This document shows, one piece after another, positions 47,473-57,304 of a stretch of DNA of 64,000 nt; position 1 is the stretch's first letter; each line of letters starts with the position of its first letter. Under the pieces are notes generated by a model, which did no database searches, was not told where the DNA came from, and was given only the letters and a program-made list of their open reading frames with translations. The stretch is from a virus. Taxonomy: Duplodnaviria; Caudoviricetes. The stretch spans positions 32,001 through 96,000 of the IMG/VR virus record IMGVR_UViG_3300016471_001002, one strand, 5' to 3'. The translations under genes and the position numbers were made by a program.

Positions 47473-50442
47473 TGTCTCGGTGGCACGTTGAGTTATGACG
47501 TCTTTTCCAAATTGCAAAAGATCAAGTTTGATGATCTGAAGCATCAGTTGCTCGATGATGCTGCGCTATTTGAATCTGTCTTGCTCGAGATGGGCAACAC
47601 TTATGATAAGCTTGCAGATGCGGTAGGTCGCGAAAACGTTGCTTTGGAGTTGCAGTTCAATAAACTTCCAGCGCAACATCTTGTCAACCGCGCGCTGATC
47701 GAATTTGCGAAACGAAACTCTTTGTCGAATCGGCTAGTCGTCACCTGCGATTCGCATTATTCTCGTCCTGATAACTGGAAAGAACGTGAGATCTACAAGA
47801 AGCTCGGATGGCTCAACTATCAGAACTTCGATCCTAATATGCTTCCAAAGTCTAAGGATGATCTCAAATGTGAACTGTACCCGAAGAACGCAACCCAGGT
47901 CTGGGATTCATATCTGTCCACAACCGAAGGCATGGATTTCTATGATGATGACCTAATCCGCGAGGCCATCGAACGTACTCATGACATCGTTCATAATGAG
48001 TTAGGTGACATTCATCCCAATAAGGAGATGAAGCTTCCTTCATATGTGATTCCTGAAGGGTCGACGGAAGACAAGGCCCTCGTCGAAGCTTGTAAGAAAG
48101 GATTAATCTGGCGAGGTCTGGATGACAAGCCTGGGTATATCGAGCGAATCAAGTATGAGCTGAAGATTATTCGAGACAAGAAGTTTTCTCGATACTTCCT
48201 CACGATGAAGGCAATCATGGACCTTGCACGTGAACACATGCTGATTGGTCCGGGGCGCGGTTCGGCCGCAGGTTCTCTAGTTGCTTATGTCCTCGGCGTC
48301 ACGAACCTTGACCCAATTGAGTATGACCTTTCATTTGAACGGTTCCTTAATCCCTCTCGCCAGGGCGCTCCTGATATCGATTCTGATATTGGAGACCGCG
48401 ATAAGCTGATCGAACTTCTCCGTGATAATTTTGGTAATAACAATGTTATTCCAATCTCTAACTACAATACCTTTAAGCTTAAGAGCCTTGTCAAAGACAT
48501 TTCAAGATTTTATAACATTCCATTCGAAGAAGTCAATGCTGCTCTTGCTCCGGTAGAAGACGATGTCAAGAAAGAAGTCTTCAAACCTGGTGTCGACAAG
48601 AACCTTTTTGTGTTGACTTATGAAGACGCGATGAAGTATTCTAAGTCGATGCAAGACTTCGTTGCATCGCATCCTGAAGTCGCCGAACCGATTGAGATTC
48701 TTTTCAAGCAGAATCGTTCTCTTGGCCGCCATGCCGGCGGTGTTATCGTGTCTGAAGACATTGCTGAACGTATGCCTCTTATTCTCGCAAAGGGTGAACC
48801 TCAGACTCCATGGGTTGAAGGCATGCATTATAAGCATCTCGAAGAGTTCGGATGGATTAAGTTCGATCTACTCGGCCTCGAAACTTTGCGCATCATCGAA
48901 CGATGCATCTATCTAATTTTGCAAAGGCGTGAAGGAATTGCAAATCCAACGTTCCAAGACATTAAGGCTTGGTTTGATAAACACATGGATCCGAAGAATA
49001 TTGATCTAAATGATCAAAAAGTCTATGAATATGTTTATCACGAAGGAAGGTTTGCCGGCGTGTTCCAATGTACGCAACCTGGCGCACAGCGTCTATTTAC
49101 GAAAGCAAAGCCTCGTAGTATCATTGACATTGCTACTCTAACTTCAATCTATCGTCCAGGTCCTCTTGCGGCAAACGTCGACAAGATCTACATTGGCGCT
49201 AAGAACGAACCTGAAAAGATCGATTACCAACATCCTCTTATCAAGAAGGTGCTAGAACCGACTTACGGATGCATCATTTTTCAGGAGCAAACCATGAAAC
49301 TTTGCTCTGTCGTCGCAGGATTCCCTGAGGCAGAGACGGATACAATTCGCAGAAACATTATGAAACGTTCTGCTTCAAAGAAAGACGCCGCGGCAGCAGA
49401 CGCCAAGAAGGCCAAGGAAGACTTCGTTTCTGGTGCGATGAAGAATGGTGTTCCTGAAAGAGTGGCAGATGAACTCTATGAAAAGATTCTCTTCTTCTCC
49501 GGATACGGTTTTAACGCATCTCACGCAGTGTCTTATGCAATTGATTCTTACTACTGTGCATGGCTCCTCACTTACTTTGAGGAGGAATGGCTTTGTGCTT
49601 ATCTTGAATCGATGTCAGGAAATGATGAGAAGCGTGCTAAGGCTTTCTCAGAGGTCAAAGCGCTTGGATACAAGATCGTAAACATCGACGTCAACTATGC
49701 AACGAAGAGCTGGACTATCCTCGAAGGAAAAAGATTCATGCCAAGCTTCCTTTCATGTAAGGGCGTGGGGGAAGCTGCAGTTGATGAGATCATGGAAAAT
49801 CGTCCATACAAATCAATAGAGGACATGTTATGGAATGAGGACGGTACGTGGAAACATTCTAAATTCAACAAACGAGCTCTTGAAGCCCTGATCGGAATCA
49901 AGGCATTTGACTCATTGGATTGTGTTGGCGTAGATAGAACGTTTAGCAGCTATAGACAAATGTATCAAATCCTGATTGATCATAATAATGAAATCAAGAA
50001 GCATACCAAAAAGAACCCTCTCGTTGGAATGGAAGCATTTCGTAATCTCCTGATCGAATCTAAGGATGAACCTGAGTGGACTCGCGGTGAGATTGTCGAT
50101 AATAGCATTAAATACCTTGGTTCATTTAATGCAGCCATGTTAATGCCTGATGATATCCTAAAGAAGTTGGAATCCAGAGGTGTCAAATCAGTTGATGATC
50201 TTTCAGGTAGTGACATTTACTGGTTTATTGTTTCTGACGCAAAACCCAAAAAGACAAAAACAGGGAAAAACTATTTGCTTTTAACGATTACGGGTATTGG
50301 AGGTCAAAATCATAGATTGTTCTGTTGGGGGTGGGATGGTATTAGAGAAATTCCCAAGTACAGCGTTTGTCTTTCTGAAATCACAGTCGATGGATACGGT
50401 AATAAAACTTTTATGAGTAAGGTTAAAGTATTGGATTCATGA
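47356..50442 (+). CDS. dnaE: DNA polymerase III alpha, C-terminal part preceded by split intein C-half
   Basis: HN/CLGG junction; TCDSHY, GPGRGSAAGSLVAY, FERFLNPSR..PDIDSD, HAGGV, KFDLLGL, IIFQEQ, YGFNASHA, C-terminal OB fold. Confidence 0.93.
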   Translation: MSNFVEVVEVEELDYVEDVYDITVEDNHNFFANGMLVHNCLGGTLSYDVFSKLQKIKFDDLKHQLLDDAALFESVLLEMGNTYDKLADAVGRENVALELQFNKLPAQHLVNRALIEFAKRNSLSNRLVVTCDSHYSRPDNWKEREIYKKLGWLNYQNFDPNMLPKSKDDLKCELYPKNATQVWDSYLSTTEGMDFYDDDLIREAIERTHDIVHNELGDIHPNKEMKLPSYVIPEGSTEDKALVEACKKGLIWRGLDDKPGYIERIKYELKIIRDKKFSRYFLTMKAIMDLAREHMLIGPGRGSAAGSLVAYVLGVTNLDPIEYDLSFERFLNPSRQGAPDIDSDIGDRDKLIELLRDNFGNNNVIPISNYNTFKLKSLVKDISRFYNIPFEEVNAALAPVEDDVKKEVFKPGVDKNLFVLTYEDAMKYSKSMQDFVASHPEVAEPIEILFKQNRSLGRHAGGVIVSEDIAERMPLILAKGEPQTPWVEGMHYKHLEEFGWIKFDLLGLETLRIIERCIYLILQRREGIANPTFQDIKAWFDKHMDPKNIDLNDQKVYEYVYHEGRFAGVFQCTQPGAQRLFTKAKPRSIIDIATLTSIYRPGPLAANVDKIYIGAKNEPEKIDYQHPLIKKVLEPTYGCIIFQEQTMKLCSVVAGFPEAETDTIRRNIMKRSASKKDAAAADAKKAKEDFVSGAMKNGVPERVADELYEKILFFSGYGFNASHAVSYAIDSYYCAWLLTYFEEEWLCAYLESMSGNDEKRAKAFSEVKALGYKIVNIDVNYATKSWTILEGKRFMPSFLSCKGVGEAAVDEIMENRPYKSIEDMLWNEDGTWKHSKFNKRALEALIGIKAFDSLDCVGVDRTFSSYRQMYQILIDHNNEIKKHTKKNPLVGMEAFRNLLIESKDEPEWTRGEIVDNSIKYLGSFNAAMLMPDDILKKLESRGVKSVDDLSGSDIYWFIVSDAKPKKTKTGKNYLLLTITGIGGQNHRLFCWGWDGIREIPKYSVCLSEITVDGYGNKTFMSKVKVLDS

Positions 50443-50451
50443 GGTACCATT

Positions 50452-50976
50452 ATGAGCATGGTCATTTTATTTGATGGGTCAGATAAGGTCGGCAAGACCG
50501 AAATGGCCAAAGAGTTATCACGAAGATTAAACATTCCTTACTTTAAGAACGAATCTGAATGGAATGCTTTTTCAAATGATCCTTCATATTTTAAAAATGC
50601 TTTACGATATGGAGATCCGTATTTTTATAATTTTCTAAAAAAGACTGGGACTTCAACGATTTTAGATAGATCTTATCCATCTGAATGGGTTTATTCTGAA
50701 GTGTATGGTCGTCAAACTGATATTGAAGCTTTAAATTACATTGATTCTTTGGCTGCATCAATTGGAGTAAAAATCATTGTTCCTTATAGAACTTCATATG
50801 AGGGTTTTCATGACGACATGCATGACATTGATTCTCGTCAAATGCAAATAATCTCTGACAAATATGCAGATTTTATAAAATGGACTAGATGCAAAACTTT
50901 GCATCTATGTGTTGATTCTGAAGACCTTGATTGGGAAATGAAAACCATTCTAGAATTTATTAACAAAAAAGGATAG
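50452..50976 (+). CDS. Second deoxynucleoside monophosphate kinase (candidate hm-dCMP kinase)
   Basis: FDGSDKVGKT P-loop, LDRSYPSEWVYS. Confidence 0.7.
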   Translation: MSMVILFDGSDKVGKTEMAKELSRRLNIPYFKNESEWNAFSNDPSYFKNALRYGDPYFYNFLKKTGTSTILDRSYPSEWVYSEVYGRQTDIEALNYIDSLAASIGVKIIVPYRTSYEGFHDDMHDIDSRQMQIISDKYADFIKWTRCKTLHLCVDSEDLDWEMKTILEFINKKG

Positions 50977-50977
50977 T

Positions 50978-52003
50978 ATGAAAATAGGAATCAGTTATTG
51001 GGGATTTTGTGAGTCATTTGAATCATCAAAAGAGGCCAAAACGCCGGATGGTCATCGTTATGGTCGGCCCATCATGGTCGATACTTTGATTGATAGAGGT
51101 CATGATGTATATGCGCTCCAACAACAACGAGAAGCAACACCATATCCAGGATTGAAATATGATGATGGATTTCCTGATTTAGATATCCTATTCGTTGAAT
51201 GGCGCTGGAAAACGTATAAAAATTCTGGACCTGATAAATTTGAGCCAGATCTTGACAGGCAATTTGCGTTGTTGTCAAAATATCATGGGAAAATTCCTGT
51301 CGTGATTTGGGATTGCGATTATAAAGTTTCTCATGTTGACGAAATGATGTGGCCTGAAGCAATTATCGCAGATCCTGCTTTCGAACCGAGGAATCTAACG
51401 AGGAAACGCGAAAGATTGATGTTTTGGACGAACTGGAAGAAGCTAATGCCAGTCAATTCGACTTCTTTTGAATACGGATATGTTGGCAACAATTATGAAA
51501 GGCCTCAGGCATTTGAGAGATATTATTCTTTACCCTCAGCGGGATTGCGAAGCTTAGGTATTCAAACGACTGTTCATGGTAATTGGTTAGAAGTTTCTCC
51601 AGAACGTGAATCGCCAAAGTCTTTGATTCAATCGCACCCAAATGTTGCGTTTGCTCCTAGATTAAATTTCTATGATTCAATGAAGAGGCTAAATTCTTTT
51701 ATCTGTACGACTCACATAACTAAACCAGAGTATGCTCAGAGAGGATTCGCTTCTCCTAGATACGTTGAAAATATAGTTTCAAACGTTCCAGCGCTTGTTC
51801 CTGAAGAGTTTTTAATTCCTTCATTATTAGGAAGCCGTTGGACAGTAAATGGTTCTGGGTCCGTTGTGGAAAAGGTTAGTTTAATTTCTTCTATGAATCT
51901 TGAAGATAGAACCGAATTAATTTTAGAACAAGAAAATAATTTAAAGTCAAGCGGTGTATTTTCAATTAACAGTGTTGTAGATTTTCTAGAGTCACTTAAG
52001 TGA
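50978..52003 (+). CDS. GT-B glycosyltransferase resembling T4 DNA beta-glucosyltransferase
   Basis: Similar size; by-eye colinear with recalled BGT motifs (MKIAI/MKIGI, YDIVYGG/FEYGYVG, IEFFGN/TTVHGN, TLRVWE..MLIDEEF/SPRYVE..ALVPEEF). Confidence 0.6.
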   Translation: MKIGISYWGFCESFESSKEAKTPDGHRYGRPIMVDTLIDRGHDVYALQQQREATPYPGLKYDDGFPDLDILFVEWRWKTYKNSGPDKFEPDLDRQFALLSKYHGKIPVVIWDCDYKVSHVDEMMWPEAIIADPAFEPRNLTRKRERLMFWTNWKKLMPVNSTSFEYGYVGNNYERPQAFERYYSLPSAGLRSLGIQTTVHGNWLEVSPERESPKSLIQSHPNVAFAPRLNFYDSMKRLNSFICTTHITKPEYAQRGFASPRYVENIVSNVPALVPEEFLIPSLLGSRWTVNGSGSVVEKVSLISSMNLEDRTELILEQENNLKSSGVFSINSVVDFLESLK

Positions 52004-52010
52004 GGAAAAG

Positions 52011-53000
52011 ATGAAAGTATTAATTACAGGTGTTGCAGGACTTCTTGGTGCCAATTTCTCTAGATACCTTTTAGAAAAAGGATACAAGGTCGTAGGAATT
52101 GACGACCTCAGCGGAGGATACGTCGATTCAGTTCATAAAGATGTGACGTTTTACGAACAAGATCTTTGGGATAGAGACGCAGTAGAAAGTATCTTTTCAT
52201 CTGAAAAGCCCGATTATGTTTTTCATTTTGCAGCATATGCAGCAGAAGGATTAAGTCCATTTATTAGAAATTACAATTACACGAATAATGTTCTTTCTTC
52301 TGCAAATATTATTAACGCGTGTGTTAATAACAATGTTAAGAAAGTTATTTTTACTTCATCAATGGCCGTCTACGGCGTAGGAAAGCCTCCATTTACAGAA
52401 GATCAATTACCAACGCCAGAAGACCCATACGGAATTGCAAAGTATGCAGTTGAAATGGATTTGAAGCTTGCTCATGAAATGTTTGGTCTAAAATACAGTA
52501 TTGTTCGACCACATAATGTCGTTGGCATTTATCAAAACATTTGGGATCGATATAGAAACGTCATAGGCATTTGGATTCGTAAAGCCATGAACAATGAACC
52601 TCTGTCTATCTTTGGTGACGGAACACAAGTTAGAGCATTCTCTGATATTAAGTTTTATATGGAACCTTTCGAGAAGCTTATGATGTCTCATGACGGAGAA
52701 ATTTTTAATATTGGTGCAGACAAATATTATACGATCAATGAAGCTGCAGATGTAGTAATCGATGTAGCAAAAGAATTGGGAATTAACGCAACGAAAGTTC
52801 ATCTAGAAAAGAGGAATGAGGTTCACACAGCTTATTGCGACCATGCGAAAGCTCATGAACTCTTAGGGTTTAACGACCAAACAAATCTTCGAGAAACTGT
52901 TATGAAAATGTTTAAATGGGCGTTAGAACAACCGAACCGTCCAACAAAAATGATGAATTATGAAATTGAGAAAAACATGTATTCATTCTGGAAGAAATGA
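52011..53000 (+). CDS. NAD-dependent NDP-sugar epimerase/dehydratase (extended SDR) 1
   Basis: TGVAGLLG, FTSSMAVYG, YGIAK, RPHNVVG. Confidence 0.9.
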   Translation: MKVLITGVAGLLGANFSRYLLEKGYKVVGIDDLSGGYVDSVHKDVTFYEQDLWDRDAVESIFSSEKPDYVFHFAAYAAEGLSPFIRNYNYTNNVLSSANIINACVNNNVKKVIFTSSMAVYGVGKPPFTEDQLPTPEDPYGIAKYAVEMDLKLAHEMFGLKYSIVRPHNVVGIYQNIWDRYRNVIGIWIRKAMNNEPLSIFGDGTQVRAFSDIKFYMEPFEKLMMSHDGEIFNIGADKYYTINEAADVVIDVAKELGINATKVHLEKRNEVHTAYCDHAKAHELLGFNDQTNLRETVMKMFKWALEQPNRPTKMMNYEIEKNMYSFWKK

Positions 53001-53003
53001 CAT

Positions 53004-53786
53004 ATGACTACGACATCATTGACATTTCCTGAAAAGATCCCTGATAGAGAAAAATTTATTTTTGATCAAGTTATGTCAGGAAACTTTGAAGCTTCTTGGT
53101 CATCGCTTGAATACACTGTTTCAGGAAAAAAAGTTAGATTAAATGTAATGTCTGACGCCTTGAAGATCGGAGGCATTAGAGTGAACGTTTCTGCTACGTT
53201 GCAACAACAGCTAGCTGACATTTTTGATGCATCGTTGTTAACGGCACAAGTTGCTGATTTAATGTACATCAATGCAAGTCATATTTTAAATCCATCTCCG
53301 CAAACAATTTCAACGACTGTTGCTTCCATGATTTCTCATGATAGTAAAGTCACTAAACAATTAGGCGTCTATTCAGGAGGAATTGTTTCAACGGTTGGAA
53401 AACATTGGATTTTGGACAAAAAGATAGATCAATCTCCTAATCGTGCTTGCAATTATGGATGGCATTTTACTGGATCAAATTTTCAAGGAATAAATGGATT
53501 TCCTTGTGCGTCTACATTTAAAAGCATAAATGGAAAGCAAGTTAAAGTTATTCAACCTAATGCAGTAGCCCATGATTCAAGGCATAGTGATTATTCGCAG
53601 ATTTGTCAACTTGTTTCGCAACAATGTTGGATTGATGATGTAGAATATAGATTCTCTGATGTTCTTCAAAATCCTTCTTTTTGTGATCTTATTAATCATA
53701 ATGGAGTTTTAAAAAATGTCAGACAACCTGGCGTTCAAAAAGTATCAGGACAAATTGTTTTATTTCCAGTCGTAATTACTTCTTGA
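53004..53786 (+). CDS. Uncharacterised enzyme-like protein
   Basis: 260 aa; conserved-looking GKHW, NYGWH, HDxxHxDYSQ motifs. Confidence 0.6.
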   Translation: MTTTSLTFPEKIPDREKFIFDQVMSGNFEASWSSLEYTVSGKKVRLNVMSDALKIGGIRVNVSATLQQQLADIFDASLLTAQVADLMYINASHILNPSPQTISTTVASMISHDSKVTKQLGVYSGGIVSTVGKHWILDKKIDQSPNRACNYGWHFTGSNFQGINGFPCASTFKSINGKQVKVIQPNAVAHDSRHSDYSQICQLVSQQCWIDDVEYRFSDVLQNPSFCDLINHNGVLKNVRQPGVQKVSGQIVLFPVVITS

Positions 53787-53793
53787 GGTTAAC

Positions 53794-54003
53794 ATGCCGA
53801 CTTACGAATATCAATGTGAAGCTTGCAAACATTTATTGGAAACCTTTCAATCAATAAAAGATGATCCTTTGACTACTTGCCCCAATTGTAATTCAGAGAC
53901 AATGAAACGCTTAATTTCCGCCGGCGGAGGTTTTACTTTGAAAGGTGGAGGTTGGTATAAAGATCTTTACGCTTCAAATAAGTCTTCTATTTCTTCTGAA
54001 TAG
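53794..54003 (+). CDS. FmdB-family zinc-ribbon protein
   Basis: MPTYEYQCxxC..FQS..DPL..CPxC..KRLIS..GF.LKGGGWY. Confidence 0.85.
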   Translation: MPTYEYQCEACKHLLETFQSIKDDPLTTCPNCNSETMKRLISAGGGFTLKGGGWYKDLYASNKSSISSE

Positions 54004-54712
54004 AAGGTTGTTTTTTTGCGATGTTCCTACTTGTTCTAGCTGCAACATGACTTGGCTTTATTAAGTTATGCTCATCTTCATTTTGTTTTGATTCAAATGT
54101 AGGTTTAATTTCGCCGGTTTCACAATTTAAAATTATATTATATCCCCCATGTGCAAGTGTAAGAGGCGCTTTTATTGTAGATAGATAATCATATCTTGCT
54201 TCATTTATCATTTCTTTATCAAACCAAGGGTCTAGAACAAAATTTGAAACGCTAACGTTTTTTCCATTGATGTTTATTTCATAAGAGCTATTTTCTACTG
54301 GATCGCAAACTTCAACTGCAACAAAAGTTTCGTCCCCTCTGTGCGACCAGAGATTTATAAAAGGATTATAAAAAGTTTCAAGAATTTCATGAGAAAGAAC
54401 GACAGAAACAGATTTTGTTCCATTTAATATCGTTCCTCCGTTATTTAAGATAGGATTTACAAACACTCTACCCCAAACTTTCCCATCAGGATCTTGCGAA
54501 TGATAACCTAATGCAGTAGCGTGATCACTATCATCCATTATGACCATCGGAAATCCATCGTTGCCATCAATTTTTATTTCCCATTCAATCCTTCCAAGAA
54601 GCGGAGCAGCATGATCTTTTAATTGAACTCTGCAAGCTTCAACCATTAGTTCTAAATCTTCTTTTGATATCTTAGATGATTTGTTTATTACGTTGAATGT
54701 TTTCATTATCAT
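53987..54712 (-). CDS. Hypothetical protein with HExxE zincin-like motif (ORF track start 54958 too long)
   Basis: LSHEILE, VEVCDPVE, VSNFV; Met at 54712/54706 avoids overlap with the epimerase at 54762. Confidence 0.6.
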   Translation of the reverse strand: MIMKTFNVINKSSKISKEDLELMVEACRVQLKDHAAPLLGRIEWEIKIDGNDGFPMVIMDDSDHATALGYHSQDPDGKVWGRVFVNPILNNGGTILNGTKSVSVVLSHEILETFYNPFINLWSHRGDETFVAVEVCDPVENSSYEININGKNVSVSNFVLDPWFDKEMINEARYDYLSTIKAPLTLAHGGYNIILNCETGEIKPTFESKQNEDEHNLIKPSHVAARTSRNIAKKQPSIQKK

Positions 54713-54761
54713 AATTAATGAACTTTTTATGTTTGCGCAGTAATATTTTATTGAAGTTTTT

Positions 54762-55724
54762 ATGAAAAAAGTTTTATTAACAGGCGGCGCAGGTTTTATA
54801 GGAAGCAATATTGCTCGTAAATTGGAAGAATTAAATTTTGATTTTGATATTGTGGATGATTTGTCAAATGGATTTATTGAGTTTTTGCCTGAAAATATCA
54901 AATCAAAATTGATTCTTGACGATTTTTCTTCCGAAGCAATCTTAGAAAAGATACGCAATAAAGAGTATGATTATGTAATGCACATCGCTGCTGTTCCAAG
55001 AGTAAGTTACTCTGTAGAGTATCCTATAAAGACAAATGATATCAACGTTTCAAAGACTTTAAGGTTGATTGAAGCTTGTAAGAATAATGTAAAGAGAATA
55101 GTTTTTGCATCGTCGTCATCAGTTTATGGAAATACTGATGTACTTCCCACAACAATTTTGCAAAATAAAAACCCTCAATCTCCATATGCTTTACAAAAAT
55201 CAATCATAGAAGATTATCTAAGATTGTATAGCTCTTTATACGGATTAGATTCAGTTTGCCTTAGGTTTTTTAACGTCTTTGGACCAAATCAACTTGGGGG
55301 TTCTCCTTATGCAACAGTCGTTGGATCTTGGCTCACTGCAATCAAAAGTGGAACCTCAATGAGATCAGACGGAGATGGAACGCAGTCTAGAGATATGTGT
55401 TACATAGACAACGTAGTTGATGCATGCATCAAAGGAATTCAAGTTGATCATGCTTTGAAAGCAGAATGTTTAAATATTGCATGTGGAGACAGGACAACAA
55501 ATAAAGAAATTCTTCAATACCTTTTGACCAAATATCCAAATGCTAAGTACCATGATGCACCATGGAGACCAGGCGATGTCATGCACACGCTTGCAGACAT
55601 TTCAAAAACAGAGGAAATCCTAGGATACAAACCGTTGGTGAGATTTTGGGAAGGCCTAGATTTAACCATAAAGTGGTATGAAGAAAATTGGGATATGATT
55701 AAAACTTTGATTCTTAAGGCATAA
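54762..55724 (+). CDS. NAD-dependent NDP-sugar epimerase 2 (UDP-GlcNAc/Glc 4-epimerase-like)
   Basis: TGGAGFIG, FASSSSVYG, YALQK, LRFFNVFGPNQ, GDGTQSRD. Confidence 0.9.
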   Translation: MKKVLLTGGAGFIGSNIARKLEELNFDFDIVDDLSNGFIEFLPENIKSKLILDDFSSEAILEKIRNKEYDYVMHIAAVPRVSYSVEYPIKTNDINVSKTLRLIEACKNNVKRIVFASSSSVYGNTDVLPTTILQNKNPQSPYALQKSIIEDYLRLYSSLYGLDSVCLRFFNVFGPNQLGGSPYATVVGSWLTAIKSGTSMRSDGDGTQSRDMCYIDNVVDACIKGIQVDHALKAECLNIACGDRTTNKEILQYLLTKYPNAKYHDAPWRPGDVMHTLADISKTEEILGYKPLVRFWEGLDLTIKWYEENWDMIKTLILKA

Positions 55725-55725
55725 T

Positions 55726-56727
55726 ATGAAAGCATATAATAACTTCACAGAAGCTTATGTTGACATCATAAAAGATGTCTATTCTAATCCAGAATTTACT
55801 TCATCGCCTAGAGGTATGAAGGTTAAAGAAATTTTAGGATATCAATTTAAAATTCTAAATCCTAGAAACAGAATTCCTTATGTTCCTGGTAGAGATTTGT
55901 CAGTTCATTACATGATTGCTGAACTTTTATGGTATTTGAGTGGAAATAATTCCACTGAATGGATTAGCAATTATTCTGCGTTTTGGTCTAAAATTTCTGA
56001 TGACGGTAGCACAGCTAATAGCGCTTATGGTGCAAGAATTTTTAAACCTCATGATAGAATTGCATCGACAATCAAGCAAGATTGGACGCAATGGGATTAT
56101 GTTATCAATGAACTAAAATCTGATCCTGATTCAAGACGTGCAGTTATTCATATTCGTTCCCCACAAGATTCATTGTTAGCACAGCTCGATGTTCCATGCA
56201 CATTATCATTGCAATTTTTCTTGCGAAATGATAAAGTACACATGGTCGTTTCTATGAGATCTTCAGATGTCATCCTTGGCTTGGCATACGACGTGCCAGC
56301 TTTCACAATTTTCCAAGAATTGCTCGCTGTACAATTAACAAAAGAGCTTGGAAGATCAATTGGATTAGGGTCTTATACGCACCTTAGCGCATCTCTACAT
56401 GTGTACGAGAGGCACTTTAAAATGGTCGAAAAAATACTTAATGAAGATATGAAGCAAGATTATCGAAACATTCCTGAGATGCCTCTGATGCCTAGTGATA
56501 TTCCTCTTGAAGATCTAATGGCTGTTGAAAAAGATCTAAGAAAATCTAAAACTTCAAGTTCTTTGATCAAAACTGTAGAGAATTTTGGTTTTTCTAATGA
56601 TTATTGGAAAGATTGGTGTAAAGTTTTGGCATCTCACAAAGCATTGAAATTAGATGATCAAAAAACGTCAAATGATCTTCTTTCATCAACAATTTTTGAA
56701 GGGTATAGGTATTTTACGAAGCCATGA
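55726..56727 (+). CDS. Thymidylate-synthase-family enzyme, probable dCMP hydroxymethylase
   Basis: DSRRA, catalytic PC, MRSSDVILGLAYDV with Asp at the Asn177-equivalent position, HVYERH. Confidence 0.75.
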   Translation: MKAYNNFTEAYVDIIKDVYSNPEFTSSPRGMKVKEILGYQFKILNPRNRIPYVPGRDLSVHYMIAELLWYLSGNNSTEWISNYSAFWSKISDDGSTANSAYGARIFKPHDRIASTIKQDWTQWDYVINELKSDPDSRRAVIHIRSPQDSLLAQLDVPCTLSLQFFLRNDKVHMVVSMRSSDVILGLAYDVPAFTIFQELLAVQLTKELGRSIGLGSYTHLSASLHVYERHFKMVEKILNEDMKQDYRNIPEMPLMPSDIPLEDLMAVEKDLRKSKTSSSLIKTVENFGFSNDYWKDWCKVLASHKALKLDDQKTSNDLLSSTIFEGYRYFTKP

Positions 56728-57302
56728 CCACAACATTTACTGTATTTTGCGGGCCGATGTTTTCTGCAAAAACTACTTCTTTATTATCTGTTCTTGATAG
56801 ATTCAAGTATCAAGGTAAAAAGATTGCTGTTTTTAAACCGAAGTTAGATGACAGGTATAGCGAATCTGACGTTTCTACGCATGGGGGATGGAAAATGCCG
56901 GCAATTTGCGTAAAGTTAGGAACTGATATCTTAGAGCATCTTGCTAATATGGAAGAAAATCCTCAAGTAATTGCTGTTGATGAAGCCTTTATGATACCAG
57001 GAGTAGCAGATGTATTGGTTTGGTTATATAGAAGCGGGTATTCAGTTGTGGTTTCTAGCTTGGATTTATCTGCAACTGGAAAACCATTCTTAGAAGTTGA
57101 AAAAATGTTGCCTTGGGCAACGAAGGTAGAAAAATTAAGCGCAGTTTGTACAGTATGTAATAAAGACGCTTTTTACACGTATAAGAAACAAACAGGTGGA
57201 GATGAAATAGAAGTTGGAGGAAATGAACTATATGAGCCGAGATGTTCTCGTTGCCATCCTTCAATCTTAAATCGAGATGGAGTTTATTCTACAAGAGGTT
57301 GA
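56724..57302 (+). CDS. tdk: Thymidine kinase (type II)
   Basis: GPMFSAKTT, VFKPKLDDRY, VDEA, AVCTVC, GGNELYEPRCSRC. Confidence 0.9.
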   Translation: MTTTFTVFCGPMFSAKTTSLLSVLDRFKYQGKKIAVFKPKLDDRYSESDVSTHGGWKMPAICVKLGTDILEHLANMEENPQVIAVDEAFMIPGVADVLVWLYRSGYSVVVSSLDLSATGKPFLEVEKMLPWATKVEKLSAVCTVCNKDAFYTYKKQTGGDEIEVGGNELYEPRCSRCHPSILNRDGVYSTRG

Positions 57303-57304
57303 TT

